Assembly (NCBI GenBank): GCA_025340205.1
Contig: CP006868.1
Span: forward strand, 1,200,001 to 1,232,000
Direction: 5' to 3'
DNA length: 32,000 nt
DNA from: Ignicoccus pacificus DSM 13166
Lineage (GTDB): Archaea; Thermoproteota; Thermoprotei_A; Sulfolobales; Ignicoccaceae
Part shown: piece by piece, positions 10,582-18,339 of the stretch
How the letters are laid out: each line of letters opens with the position of its first letter
Numbering within the stretch: position 1 is the stretch's first letter
Notes under the pieces: model-generated
The model's database searches: none
What the model saw: only the letters and a program-made list of their open reading frames with translations
What the model was told of the DNA's origin: nothing
Made by a program: the position numbers and the translations under genes

Positions 10582-12075
10582 ATGAAAAAATCAATTCCCT
10601 GGATCATAAAGTATAGGCCTAAGAGGGTCGAGGACGTAGTAAACCAAGAAAAGGCTAAGGAGCTCTTAATCCCTTGGATCAAGAAGTGGCTCTCCGGAAA
10701 CCCCCCTGAGAAGAAGGGAGCTCTGCTCTGGGGACCTCCCGGCGTGGGAAAGACCAGCTTGGTAGAGGCCATCTGCAACGAGTATAACTTGGAAAAAATA
10801 GAGCTAAACGCGAGCGACTTCAGGAGGAAGAAAGACATAGAGAGAATAGCGCTGGTAGCCGCTACCAAGAGACCCTTGCCCCCCAAGAAGGGAAGGATAG
10901 TTCTGCTCGACGAGGTAGACGGTCTATCTCCCAGAGGAGACGAGGGAGCCATTTCAGCTATACTAGAGCTCTTGGAGAAGGCTAGGAACCCGATAATAAT
11001 GACTGCCAACGATCCTTGGGGCCAGCACCTAAGGCCCATAAGGGAAAGGGTGTTAATGGTTGAATTCAAGAGGATCCCTAAGACGAAGGCCTTACCTTAT
11101 CTCATGAAGATATGTGAATCTGAAGGCATTTACTGCGAGAAGCAAGCTTTAGCTTACATATGGGAGAAGAACAAGGGCGACCTCAGAGCTTGCATAAACG
11201 ACATGCAAGCGATAGCTGAGGCCTATGGGAAGATAACTTTAGACCTAGCTAAGGCGCTGGTCGTAGAAAGGGATAGAACCTTAACCCCTTGGGAGATGCT
11301 CCAACACTTGTTCTACGCTAAGTACTTCTGGCAAGCGAAGAAGGCGGTGACGAGTACAGACTTGGACTACGACACCCTCTTCCTCTGGATAGCTGAGAAC
11401 GTTCCCAAGCAGTACGGAGACGATCCCGAGGACCTTTGGAGAGCCATGGAGGCCCTTTCAAGGGCGGACGTTTATTACGGAAGGATAAAGAGGAGGATGA
11501 ACTGGTCCCTCTTGCCCTATTACTTCGAAATGTTAGGCCCCGGGGTCGCTCTAGCTAAGGAGAAGTACCACAAGAGGGCGAGGTGGAGCTACCCGGAGAA
11601 GATAACGCTTCTCGCCAAGACAAAGGAGCAGAGGAGGATTAGGGAGGAGTTAGCTACCTTGCTTTCCCTAACCCAACACGTCTCTAAGAGCTACGCTAAG
11701 GCTGAGATTATTCCTTTGCTCAAGTTCATAGCCCAGCACAATCCTCAGTACTTCGCGAGATTAGCCTTAGGCTTAAGGCTTACTGATGAAATGATAAAGT
11801 TCTTAGCGGGGAAGGAATATAGGACAGTAATAAGGATAAAAGAAAAACTGTTAAAGGAAATGGAGGAGGAGGCCAAGATAAGGGCAGCCAGGGAGGCGAA
11901 GGAGTACTTGGAGAGGAAGGCGCTTGAGGTCGTCGAAGAGGAGAAGGTCGAGAAGTGGGAAGAGAAGAAAGAAGAAAAGGCGGAGAAGGTGGAGAAAAGG
12001 GAGAAGAAGGAAAGGAAGAGGGAGGAGAGGAGAGGAGGATTAACCCTCCTCGACTTCCTGAACAAGAAGAAGTGA
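10582..12075 (+). CDS. rfcL: Replication factor C large subunit
   Basis: IIKYRPKRVEDVVNQ, ALLWGPPGVGKTSLVEAI, ELNASDFRRKKDI and VLLDEVDGLS, then a highly charged C-terminal tail ending GLTLLDFLNKKK. Confidence 0.95.
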   Translation: MKKSIPWIIKYRPKRVEDVVNQEKAKELLIPWIKKWLSGNPPEKKGALLWGPPGVGKTSLVEAICNEYNLEKIELNASDFRRKKDIERIALVAATKRPLPPKKGRIVLLDEVDGLSPRGDEGAISAILELLEKARNPIIMTANDPWGQHLRPIRERVLMVEFKRIPKTKALPYLMKICESEGIYCEKQALAYIWEKNKGDLRACINDMQAIAEAYGKITLDLAKALVVERDRTLTPWEMLQHLFYAKYFWQAKKAVTSTDLDYDTLFLWIAENVPKQYGDDPEDLWRAMEALSRADVYYGRIKRRMNWSLLPYYFEMLGPGVALAKEKYHKRARWSYPEKITLLAKTKEQRRIREELATLLSLTQHVSKSYAKAEIIPLLKFIAQHNPQYFARLALGLRLTDEMIKFLAGKEYRTVIRIKEKLLKEMEEEAKIRAAREAKEYLERKALEVVEEEKVEKWEEKKEEKAEKVEKREKKERKREERRGGLTLLDFLNKKK

Positions 12076-12135
12076 GCCGATGAGGTCACGCCCGATAGGC
12101 TGATCGGTGAGGAAACTCCCATGGACCGAGGTTTT
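12076..12135 (+). ncRNA. Weak candidate C/D-box-like sRNA between rfcL and the 127-aa ORF
   Basis: Reads ccgatga-(g/c-rich spacer)-ctga-tcg-gtgagga-aactcccatgga-ccga, resembling C / D' / C' / D order. The C and D boxes are imperfect and the first guide interval is long. Confidence 0.15.
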
Positions 12136-12194
12136 TACCGTCTGGTTAGGCTCAGAACTTAGACCTCCCTAACTCCAAGCCTCCCGGTGAGACC

Positions 12195-12578
12195 TTGAGG
12201 AGACCGACGAAGGCCCTAGAGCAGTTCGATAAGGTCCTCGAGGAGCTCAAGTCCGAAGGAGTAACGGTCGTGGTAACCGATCACTTGGACATACCTCATC
12301 ACGGAGAGGCATCGGCGTTGATAGAGGATCTGGAAGTCTTCAAGAAGTTAGCCAAAAAGAGCGGGACTGTGGCGGCAATGGTAGCCTACGAGGAACACGC
12401 CAACCTATTGGTAATTTATGGGCTGACCAGAGTCGATTGGCTCTACGTGCTCTACAACGTTCACGTGAACGTAGCCGGAAGCAGCTTTAGGCTAAGCGGA
12501 CCGCCTCAGATGAAGGAGGAGGTGAAGAGGAAAGTAAGGGAGTTCTACCAGAAGTGGTTGGAGCTGATGAAGGAGTAG
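12195..12578 (+). CDS. Hypothetical protein (127 aa)
   Basis: Intact ORF (TTG start) with good codon usage and globular composition. Confidence 0.6.
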   Translation: MRRPTKALEQFDKVLEELKSEGVTVVVTDHLDIPHHGEASALIEDLEVFKKLAKKSGTVAAMVAYEEHANLLVIYGLTRVDWLYVLYNVHVNVAGSSFRLSGPPQMKEEVKRKVREFYQKWLELMKE

Positions 12579-12641
12579 CGTTTCTCTTCTTTTACCTTTC
12601 TCAAGATCCTTCCGCGTAGAGCACTTAAGTATTGCTATGGT

Positions 12642-12664
12642 ACGGTAGACATAGGGTCTACCGT
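12642..12664. promoter_or_regulatory. Perfect 9-bp inverted repeat ACGGTAGAC-atagg-GTCTACCGT over the vapB-like start
   Basis: Left arm 12642-12650 and right arm 12656-12664. Overlaps the GTG start at 12663, just downstream of an A/T-rich TATA-like cttaagtatt. Confidence 0.55.
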
Positions 12665-12899
12665 GTCCGTCACGGTTAGCTTTAAGGTAAGGAAGGAAGT
12701 TAAGGAAAAGATGGAGAAGTACAAGGGAATAATCAACTGGAACGAGGAGCTGAGAAGGTTTGTGGAACTGAAGATAAAAGAGTTAGAGGCAAAGGAGAGG
12801 TTCGAAGAGATCGTGAGGAAGCTGGAGGAGGCGGATTGGGGCGTCGAGGAGGGTTTCGCGTCGAGAAGCGTGAGGGAAGACAGGGATGGATGTAGCTGA
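12663..12899 (+). CDS. vapB: VapB-like antitoxin (CopG/RHH-type)
   Basis: SVTVSFKVRKEVKEKMEKYKGIINWNEELRRFVELKIKELE pattern. Overlaps the downstream PIN gene by 14 bp. Confidence 0.75.
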   Translation: MSVTVSFKVRKEVKEKMEKYKGIINWNEELRRFVELKIKELEAKERFEEIVRKLEEADWGVEEGFASRSVREDRDGCS

Positions 12900-13284
12900 C
12901 TCCTCTGCCCTCATATCTTTGTTCCTAAGAGAACCAGGATGGAAGGACCTCAAAGAGCATCTATCCTTCGTTACTACGATAGATCTGAGCTTAAAGGAGA
13001 TCTACAACGCTATATGGAAGGCTCACAAGCTGAGAGGATCCCTAAAAGAAGAACAAATGTGGATGCTCACGAAACTGGTCAAGGAGTACTTCGATTGCTG
13101 TGTGGTAATAGAAGATCAAAGACCTCTCCTCGACGACGCGTTAAGGATCGCGACAAAATACGGGCTCACGATATACAATTCTCTTTTTGTTGTGTTAGCG
13201 TTAACGAAGGATCTACCCCTCGTTTCGCTAGACGCGAAGCAAAGGAGGGTCGCGAGGATGCTGGGCGTCGAAGTCCTTCCGTAA
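12886..13284 (+). CDS. vapC: VapC-like PIN-domain toxin (atypical active site)
   Basis: DVADSSALISLFL, DLSLKEIYNAIWKA and LPLVSLDAKQRRVARMLGVEV. Paired with a VapB-like gene. Confidence 0.82.
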   Translation: MDVADSSALISLFLREPGWKDLKEHLSFVTTIDLSLKEIYNAIWKAHKLRGSLKEEQMWMLTKLVKEYFDCCVVIEDQRPLLDDALRIATKYGLTIYNSLFVVLALTKDLPLVSLDAKQRRVARMLGVEVLP

Positions 13285-13408
13285 GATTGGGAGAGATCAG
13301 GAGAAGATGAGAAGCAAGTATGCATGAGGATCGTAACACGTATTATCGAAGGCGCTCACGATGGATCCATTGTACCTCAAAATGCTACTATACTAAGCTT
13401 TTCCTCGA

Positions 13409-13996
13409 TCACGTAACTCTCAGTATCATCATTATGCCCTCCCTTATCATGGCTACTCCAAGGCCTGCTAAGAGTATCGCTATTATCCTCGAGAGGGCCA
13501 GTATTCCGTTCTTACCAAGTACCTTGTACAAGGCCCTCCCAAGCATCAATAAGGGCAGAGTAACTAGCATCACCCCTATGACCGCTATGGCCGTGCAGAT
13601 GGGGCCACATGAGGATCTGTAATACAAGACCAAGCTGATAGCACCTGGACCCGCCAGCATGGGTATTGCCATTGGTACTATGGCCACGCTCTCCGGGTCA
13701 ATCATGCTAGCCTCCGACTGACCTAGCAAGGCTTGAATAGCATAGATAAGGAGGATTAATCCAGTAGCTATTCTTATATCGTTAACGGTCATTCCGAAGG
13801 GCTCTACTATCAGATCGCCGAATAAGGCAAAGAGCAAGAGAACGGCAGTTGCTACGATAACGCTTTTCCTTATTATTTTCTTCCTCTTTTCATCGGAAAG
13901 ACTTGAGGTCATGCTGTAGAATATTGGTCCGTTTGTGAGCGGATCTATTATTATGAAAAGGGCCAAGAACGCGTTTATCAGGCTGGCTATATCCAA
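13409..13996 (-). CDS. MarC-family integral membrane protein
   Basis: LINAFLALFIIIDPLTNGPIFYSMTSSLSDEKRKKIIRKSVIVA with multiple TM segments and VPMAIPMLAGPGAIS. Confidence 0.88.
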   Translation of the reverse strand: MDIASLINAFLALFIIIDPLTNGPIFYSMTSSLSDEKRKKIIRKSVIVATAVLLLFALFGDLIVEPFGMTVNDIRIATGLILLIYAIQALLGQSEASMIDPESVAIVPMAIPMLAGPGAISLVLYYRSSCGPICTAIAVIGVMLVTLPLLMLGRALYKVLGKNGILALSRIIAILLAGLGVAMIREGIMMILRVT

Positions 13997-14029
13997 CTCT
14001 TCCTCCCGCCCTTCAGAGCGTGTGAAAAA

Positions 14030-14971
14030 TTAATACAAGTGACAAGCGACCCAGTGGTTGTGCTCCACCTCCTTCATCTTAGGCTCTTCCTTGCACTTAT
14101 CGAATGCCTTAGGGCACCTCGGCCTAAACCTACATCCCTTAGGAGGATTCGCCAGGTCCGGAGGAGATCCCGGTATCCACTTGAGCTCGCCTCCGCTGAT
14201 CTTCGGGGTCGCTTGCAGGAGCAGCTGGGTGTAGGGGTGGAGGGGATTTCCTAAGACCTTCTCGAGAGGACCGTATTCCACTGCCTTGCCGGCATACATT
14301 ACGAGTATCTTGTCGCTGAGCTCGCTGAGAACTCCTAGGTCGTGTGTAATTAGAATGAGACTCATCCCTACCTTTTCTTGAAGGTCCTTCAGAGCGTTTA
14401 TTATTTGAGCCTGAACCACTACGTCCAAGGCCGTAGTGGGCTCGTCGGCTATCACGTACTTCGGGTCAAGGAGCAAGGCTAAGGCTATCACAACCCTCTG
14501 CTTCTGACCTCCGGAGAGCTCGTGGGGGTACCTCTCGAGTATCTCCTCTTTGAGGCCGACCATCTTCAAGAGCTTTATTGCCTTCTCCCTGGCTTCCTCC
14601 TTGGTTGTGAACATATCATGGGCCTTCAAAGTCTCCACGAAGTGGTCGAAGACCGTGTAGACCGGGGTCAGTGAGTTCATGGCTCCTTGGAAGACCATGC
14701 TTATCCTCTTCCACCTGACCTCCTTTCTGAACTTGTTATCCGGCATGCTGAGAGCATCGAATTCATCGATCTGGATCTTTCCTCCAACTATCTTTCCCGG
14801 AGGCTCGATGAGCCTCATGAGTGCCATAGCAGTGGTGCTTTTTCCGCATCCGCTCTCCCCGGCTATTCCCAAGCTCTCTCCTTCCTTAACATCGAAGGAG
14901 ACGCCGTCGACTGCCTTAACCACTCCCCTTCTGGAATAATAGTAAACCTTGAGGTCCTCCACCTCTATCAA
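14030..14971 (-). CDS. Oligopeptide/dipeptide ABC transporter ATP-binding protein (OppD/DppD type)
   Basis: GESGCGKSTTAMALMRL, LSGGQKQRVVIALALLLDPKYVIADEPTTALD, and C-terminal GCRFRPRCPKAFDKC typical of Opp/Dpp ATPases. Confidence 0.93.
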   Translation of the reverse strand: MIEVEDLKVYYYSRRGVVKAVDGVSFDVKEGESLGIAGESGCGKSTTAMALMRLIEPPGKIVGGKIQIDEFDALSMPDNKFRKEVRWKRISMVFQGAMNSLTPVYTVFDHFVETLKAHDMFTTKEEAREKAIKLLKMVGLKEEILERYPHELSGGQKQRVVIALALLLDPKYVIADEPTTALDVVVQAQIINALKDLQEKVGMSLILITHDLGVLSELSDKILVMYAGKAVEYGPLEKVLGNPLHPYTQLLLQATPKISGGELKWIPGSPPDLANPPKGCRFRPRCPKAFDKCKEEPKMKEVEHNHWVACHLY

Positions 14972-15016
14972 TGAGCTTGACCGAGGTTGGAAGCTTGGAG
15001 GGGATAAAGGGCTCTT

Positions 15017-15253
15017 TTGATTGCCCGAGCCTTTACGTTAAATAAATCACTTTCGAGAAGGAGAGAGGGAGCAATAGTGTGCGATATGAAGAGCCTCTTG
15101 CTCTTAGCCGAGGCGATAAGCGTCATTACCGCCTTAGTTAACGGGTTGGTCATATTCTACGCAGTTCCCCATTACGATCTAATTCCCTTAGCGCTAACTT
15201 TGGGAGTTACGCTCTTGGTACTCGCTTTCGCGAAATATTATGGATGCCTCTGA
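15017..15253 (+). CDS. Small membrane protein; real start may be the GTG near 15078 (VCDMKSLLLL...)
   Basis: Hydrophobic segments LLLLAEAISVITALVNGLVIFYAV and LIPLALTLGVTLLVLAF. The N-terminal part lies in a likely promoter region. Confidence 0.4.
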   Translation: MIARAFTLNKSLSRRREGAIVCDMKSLLLLAEAISVITALVNGLVIFYAVPHYDLIPLALTLGVTLLVLAFAKYYGCL

Positions 15254-15477
15254 GGAGGGGAGGGCGACGACAAATGGAGTGCGCGGGATGGTACGTAGCG
15301 TTGAGCACCTTGGTCTCGGTGTCCTTGAGCACGGTGCTGTTTTACTTCGTACTCTCTCTAGGAATAAACGACTTGGTTCAAGCCTTCCTAATAGCCTCGA
15401 TCTCAGGATTTATAGCATCCCTAGTAGTTTACTTTATCACATTACTAATAGAAAAGTGTGTATGTAATTGTGCGTAG
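15244..15477 (+). CDS. Small membrane protein, probably starting downstream at MECAGWYVAL
   Basis: Two TM segments: VALSTLVSVSLSTVLFYFVLSL and AFLIASISGFIASLVVYFITLLI. Confidence 0.45.
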   Translation: MPLRRGGRRQMECAGWYVALSTLVSVSLSTVLFYFVLSLGINDLVQAFLIASISGFIASLVVYFITLLIEKCVCNCA

Positions 15478-15481
15478 AAAG

Positions 15482-16021
15482 TTAGGCGTTCGCGAACTCC
15501 TTTCCATCTAAGTCTACTAACTCCTTCATCTTGGTGGAGGCTATGGCCTTCGCTTCCTCCAGTATCTTCGCCGCCTCGTGGTCTATGAACACGTCCCCTC
15601 CTATCATGTCCATTCCGAGTCCCTCCGCCGCCAGCTCGTCGAAGCTCTCCACTAGGCTCTCCAGCTCCTCATCTATGTGCGGTATTATTCCTCTGAACTG
15701 CTCTATGGTCTCCTTTAGATCCTTCGCCATTGGTATCACCGCAAACGCCGCGTCGCCGAACGTCAGAGCGGTGTCCAGCCTCAGCTCCGCTTGCTCTAGC
15801 TTTATGTCAAAGGCCATTAGAGCGCTCCTCAGCTTCCTTATGTTAGCTATCTCGCTAGCATATACCTTGGCCCTCATTAAGTCTCCCGACTTCTGAGCCT
15901 CAACTAGCCTCTCCATCAGCATCTTCTCCTTCTGCTCGATTGCGGACAGCTGGTGGTTTAGCTTGTTCCTTACCTTCCTTATCTGATATATCGCCTGAAC
16001 TATCTTCTTCCTGAGCCCCAT
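15482..16021 (-). CDS. ESCRT-III / Snf7-domain protein (CdvB paralogue, core domain only)
   Basis: Coiled-coil-rich IYQIRKVRNKLNHQLSAIEQKEKMLMERLVEAQKSGDLMRAKVYASEIANIRKLRSALMAFDIKLEQAELRLDT, matching the crenarchaeal CdvB1/B2/B3 pattern. Confidence 0.78.
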   Translation of the reverse strand: MGLRKKIVQAIYQIRKVRNKLNHQLSAIEQKEKMLMERLVEAQKSGDLMRAKVYASEIANIRKLRSALMAFDIKLEQAELRLDTALTFGDAAFAVIPMAKDLKETIEQFRGIIPHIDEELESLVESFDELAAEGLGMDMIGGDVFIDHEAAKILEEAKAIASTKMKELVDLDGKEFANA

Positions 16022-16070
16022 CTGGGTCCCCGTTAACTCCTTAGGTCCAGAGGATAGGTAACTGAGAGAC

Positions 16071-16757
16071 TCAAATGCTACCGGAGGAATACCGAGAGAG
16101 GAGCTCCAGAACTTCCTCCTCGCTCAAGTCCCTCCACTCTTGATACGCTTCAGCGACCGCGAAGTAAGGCCCAGACCTTATGTTCGGAACTACTACCAAG
16201 TCCGCCACCTTAGACACCGCTATAGCCCCATCTAGGCTGGCCGTGGGAGCAGCTGCTATTACCTCTTCAGCTCCCTTGTCTCTTAAGAATTCGACCGCCG
16301 CTATCATAGTATAGCCGGTCGCTATCCCGTCGTCTATTACCACGACCCTAGGGGGAACCTCATAGGGTCTCCCTCCTCTTAGGACCTTCTCCCTTAACAA
16401 CACCTTCTCCAGTGCCTTCCTCACTTGCTCCTTGATCTCCTCCTCGCTTAGCGGAGCCGGGCCCAGCACTGCCCTCCCGTCTGGGGCCACAGCTCCGAAT
16501 CCGGCTTCCGTCGTCCAAGGATAGAGCACTTTCTTCACTATAACCAAGTCCAAGGGTTTTTGGTAGGCTTTCGCTACTTCTATAGCTACTGGAACCCCTC
16601 CCGCTGGAATAGCGAACACCTTGTCGAAGTCTATTCCATGCCTTTTCATGAAAGAAGCTAGGACCCTTCCGGCATGGAAGCGATCCTTGTATATGTAGAC
16701 CTTTTCCGAGAGGTCCGGGTCGAAGATCACGTTCTCGGGCAGCATGCGTTTCTCCAA
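16071..16757 (-). CDS. Predicted phosphoribosyltransferase (COG1926-like)
   Basis: FDKVFAIPAGGVPVAIEVAKAY and the PRPP motif VVVIDDGIATGYTMIAAVEFLR. Confidence 0.85.
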   Translation of the reverse strand: MEKRMLPENVIFDPDLSEKVYIYKDRFHAGRVLASFMKRHGIDFDKVFAIPAGGVPVAIEVAKAYQKPLDLVIVKKVLYPWTTEAGFGAVAPDGRAVLGPAPLSEEEIKEQVRKALEKVLLREKVLRGGRPYEVPPRVVVIDDGIATGYTMIAAVEFLRDKGAEEVIAAAPTASLDGAIAVSKVADLVVVPNIRSGPYFAVAEAYQEWRDLSEEEVLELLSRYSSGSI

Positions 16758-16862
16758 ATAAGGTTGTAAACAGGGACTTTTTGGTAAGGAGCTTGCATCA
16801 AGGACGCAACCTCCCTTAATCTTTCAAGCTAAGTCTTCGCATCTTGAGCACGGGTAGATGAA

Positions 16863-17279
16863 GTGGAGGTCATCGACCTAGAATGCGTTAAGGAAGTGGC
16901 TGAGAAGTGGGGACTTAGGTACGTAGTGCTTCATGGTTCTCAAGCAAAAGGGTATGCTAAGGAGTTCAGTGACGTCGACCTAGCTATTAAAGTCGGAAGA
17001 GAACTAAATTTTGTCGAGAGAGGCAGACTTTACGGTGAGATGGAGGAGTGCGTTAGCGGCAAGCTCGACTTAAGCTTTCTAGATGATTGGAATCCCATAC
17101 TCGCTTGGGAGGTCTTAACTAACGGAAAGGTCATTTATGCAAGGGACTTAAATGAAGTAATAGAGGATAAGGTAAAGGCCATAGTAGAAGTATGTGATTT
17201 AGAACCTCTCTTGAAGCTGTCATACAAGGAGAACAAGCGTGCCCTCGCCAGGCTTAGCGGCAAGGGTGTCGAGAGCTAG
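16863..17279 (+). CDS. MNT-domain minimal nucleotidyltransferase, probable antitoxin partner of HEPN
   Basis: LHGSQAKGYAKEFSDVDLAI, the GSx10DxD motif. Directly upstream of and overlapping a HEPN gene. Confidence 0.82.
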   Translation: MEVIDLECVKEVAEKWGLRYVVLHGSQAKGYAKEFSDVDLAIKVGRELNFVERGRLYGEMEECVSGKLDLSFLDDWNPILAWEVLTNGKVIYARDLNEVIEDKVKAIVEVCDLEPLLKLSYKENKRALARLSGKGVES

Positions 17280-17664
17280 GAAGGCTATAGAGAAGTTGAG
17301 GGGGATAAGCGAAGTTCCACTTGAAGAGTACTTATCGGACGAGGACCTTCAAGCACTATCTGAAAGGTACCTCCACATACTCCTAGAAGCGATATTGGAT
17401 TTGGGGGCCTTCGTATTAGCGAAGAAAGGCGTGTCAGTTGGTACTACATATAGAGATATCGTTGAAGGACTCATAAGAATAGGCGTGATACCCGCTGAGC
17501 TGGGGTATTTAGCGAGGGGAATACCGGGAATGAGAAACGTATTAGTACATGGATATGCGGAAATAAGACATGACATAGTTTACCAGCTATTAAAAGATGA
17601 GTTAGGCGATCTTGTGAGAATATTTGAGAGAATCTTAAAGGAAGCTGAGGAGCTCGACCCTTAA
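17266..17664 (+). CDS. HEPN-domain (HepT/DUF86-like) probable RNase toxin; ORF track start is 17239 but GTG at 17266 is favoured
   Basis: Contains GMRNVLVHGYAEI, the Rx4HxY motif of HepT-type HEPN proteins. Adjacent to the MNT gene. Confidence 0.78.
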   Translation: MSRARKAIEKLRGISEVPLEEYLSDEDLQALSERYLHILLEAILDLGAFVLAKKGVSVGTTYRDIVEGLIRIGVIPAELGYLARGIPGMRNVLVHGYAEIRHDIVYQLLKDELGDLVRIFERILKEAEELDP

Positions 17665-17770
17665 TCATCTTAGGGAAAACAGAGGACTCTGAAACTAACT
17701 GAGCATTTGAGTATCTAACAAACTCAAGCTTTTATCCCTCGAGAACTATCTTTCCTACCGGGTTCCAAGC

Positions 17771-18301
17771 TTGTCCCTTCTCGAAAAGGCAAAGGAAAGG
17801 CTTGAGGAGCCAGCAAAGAACGACTTCGTCAAAAAGAAAGTCGAGGACTCTATCTACGAGGCCTTCTTAGCGAAAAAGCTAGTTGAGGAAGGTCTTATCA
17901 GGAACGCTTGTGGGAAAGCCTTCCAAGCTTGGAAAGAATTGCTCTCAGCTCTCCTTTACTTGAAGAAGGACGAGATCTTAAAGCTATTGAAGGATGAAAG
18001 GCAGAAAGAGTGGTTCTTAAAGAGGGGAATATATGCTCCTAGCTCTAGGTTGAAACCTCTGAGCGTGCTCTTGGAGAGAGTGGGCATACGAGACGTAAGC
18101 GCTTGGACCGCTGAAGCGCTTTCCCTTCATACCTACCAATACCATGGACCGGATCCGGAGGGGCTATGGGGAGGGCCAGTGGATAAGGAAGATGCAAAGG
18201 ATCACTTAGAACTGCTCTTGAGGAAGTGGAAGGAATACATAAGCAAGTACTTCGAGAAGTGCTTAGATGAGGACTTGAGGAAGGTTTTGGAAAACGTATG
18301 A
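17771..18301 (+). CDS. HEPN / PaREP1-like archaeal protein (176 aa)
   Basis: Helical protein with YEAFLAKKLVEEGLIRNACGKAFQAWKELLSALLYLKK. TATA-like aagcttttat lies about 30 bp upstream of the TTG start. Confidence 0.5.
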   Translation: MSLLEKAKERLEEPAKNDFVKKKVEDSIYEAFLAKKLVEEGLIRNACGKAFQAWKELLSALLYLKKDEILKLLKDERQKEWFLKRGIYAPSSRLKPLSVLLERVGIRDVSAWTAEALSLHTYQYHGPDPEGLWGGPVDKEDAKDHLELLLRKWKEYISKYFEKCLDEDLRKVLENV

Positions 18302-18339
18302 TGGACCTTCTGGAGCCTCGAGCTCCGTTGAGACGAACG

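Noticed and set aside
10578-11069. 163-aa ORF antisense to rfcL, and similar antisense ORFs (1544..1792, 3497..3889, 4762..5154, 11745..12122, 15531..15896)
   Set aside because: They mirror well-supported genes on the opposite strand and show Ser/Leu/Pro-rich shadow-ORF composition with no recognisable motifs.
11960-12060. Purine-rich low-complexity DNA in rfcL
   Set aside because: Explained by the Lys/Glu-rich charged linker near the RFC-L C terminus; not an independent repeat element.
13320-13622. 100-aa plus-strand ORF after vapC
   Set aside because: Its 3' portion is antisense to MarC, and the 5' portion shows no motif.
14968-15153. 61-aa minus-strand ORF upstream of the ABC ATPase
   Set aside because: Overlaps the promoter region and the opposing small membrane-protein ORF; no credible domain or start context.
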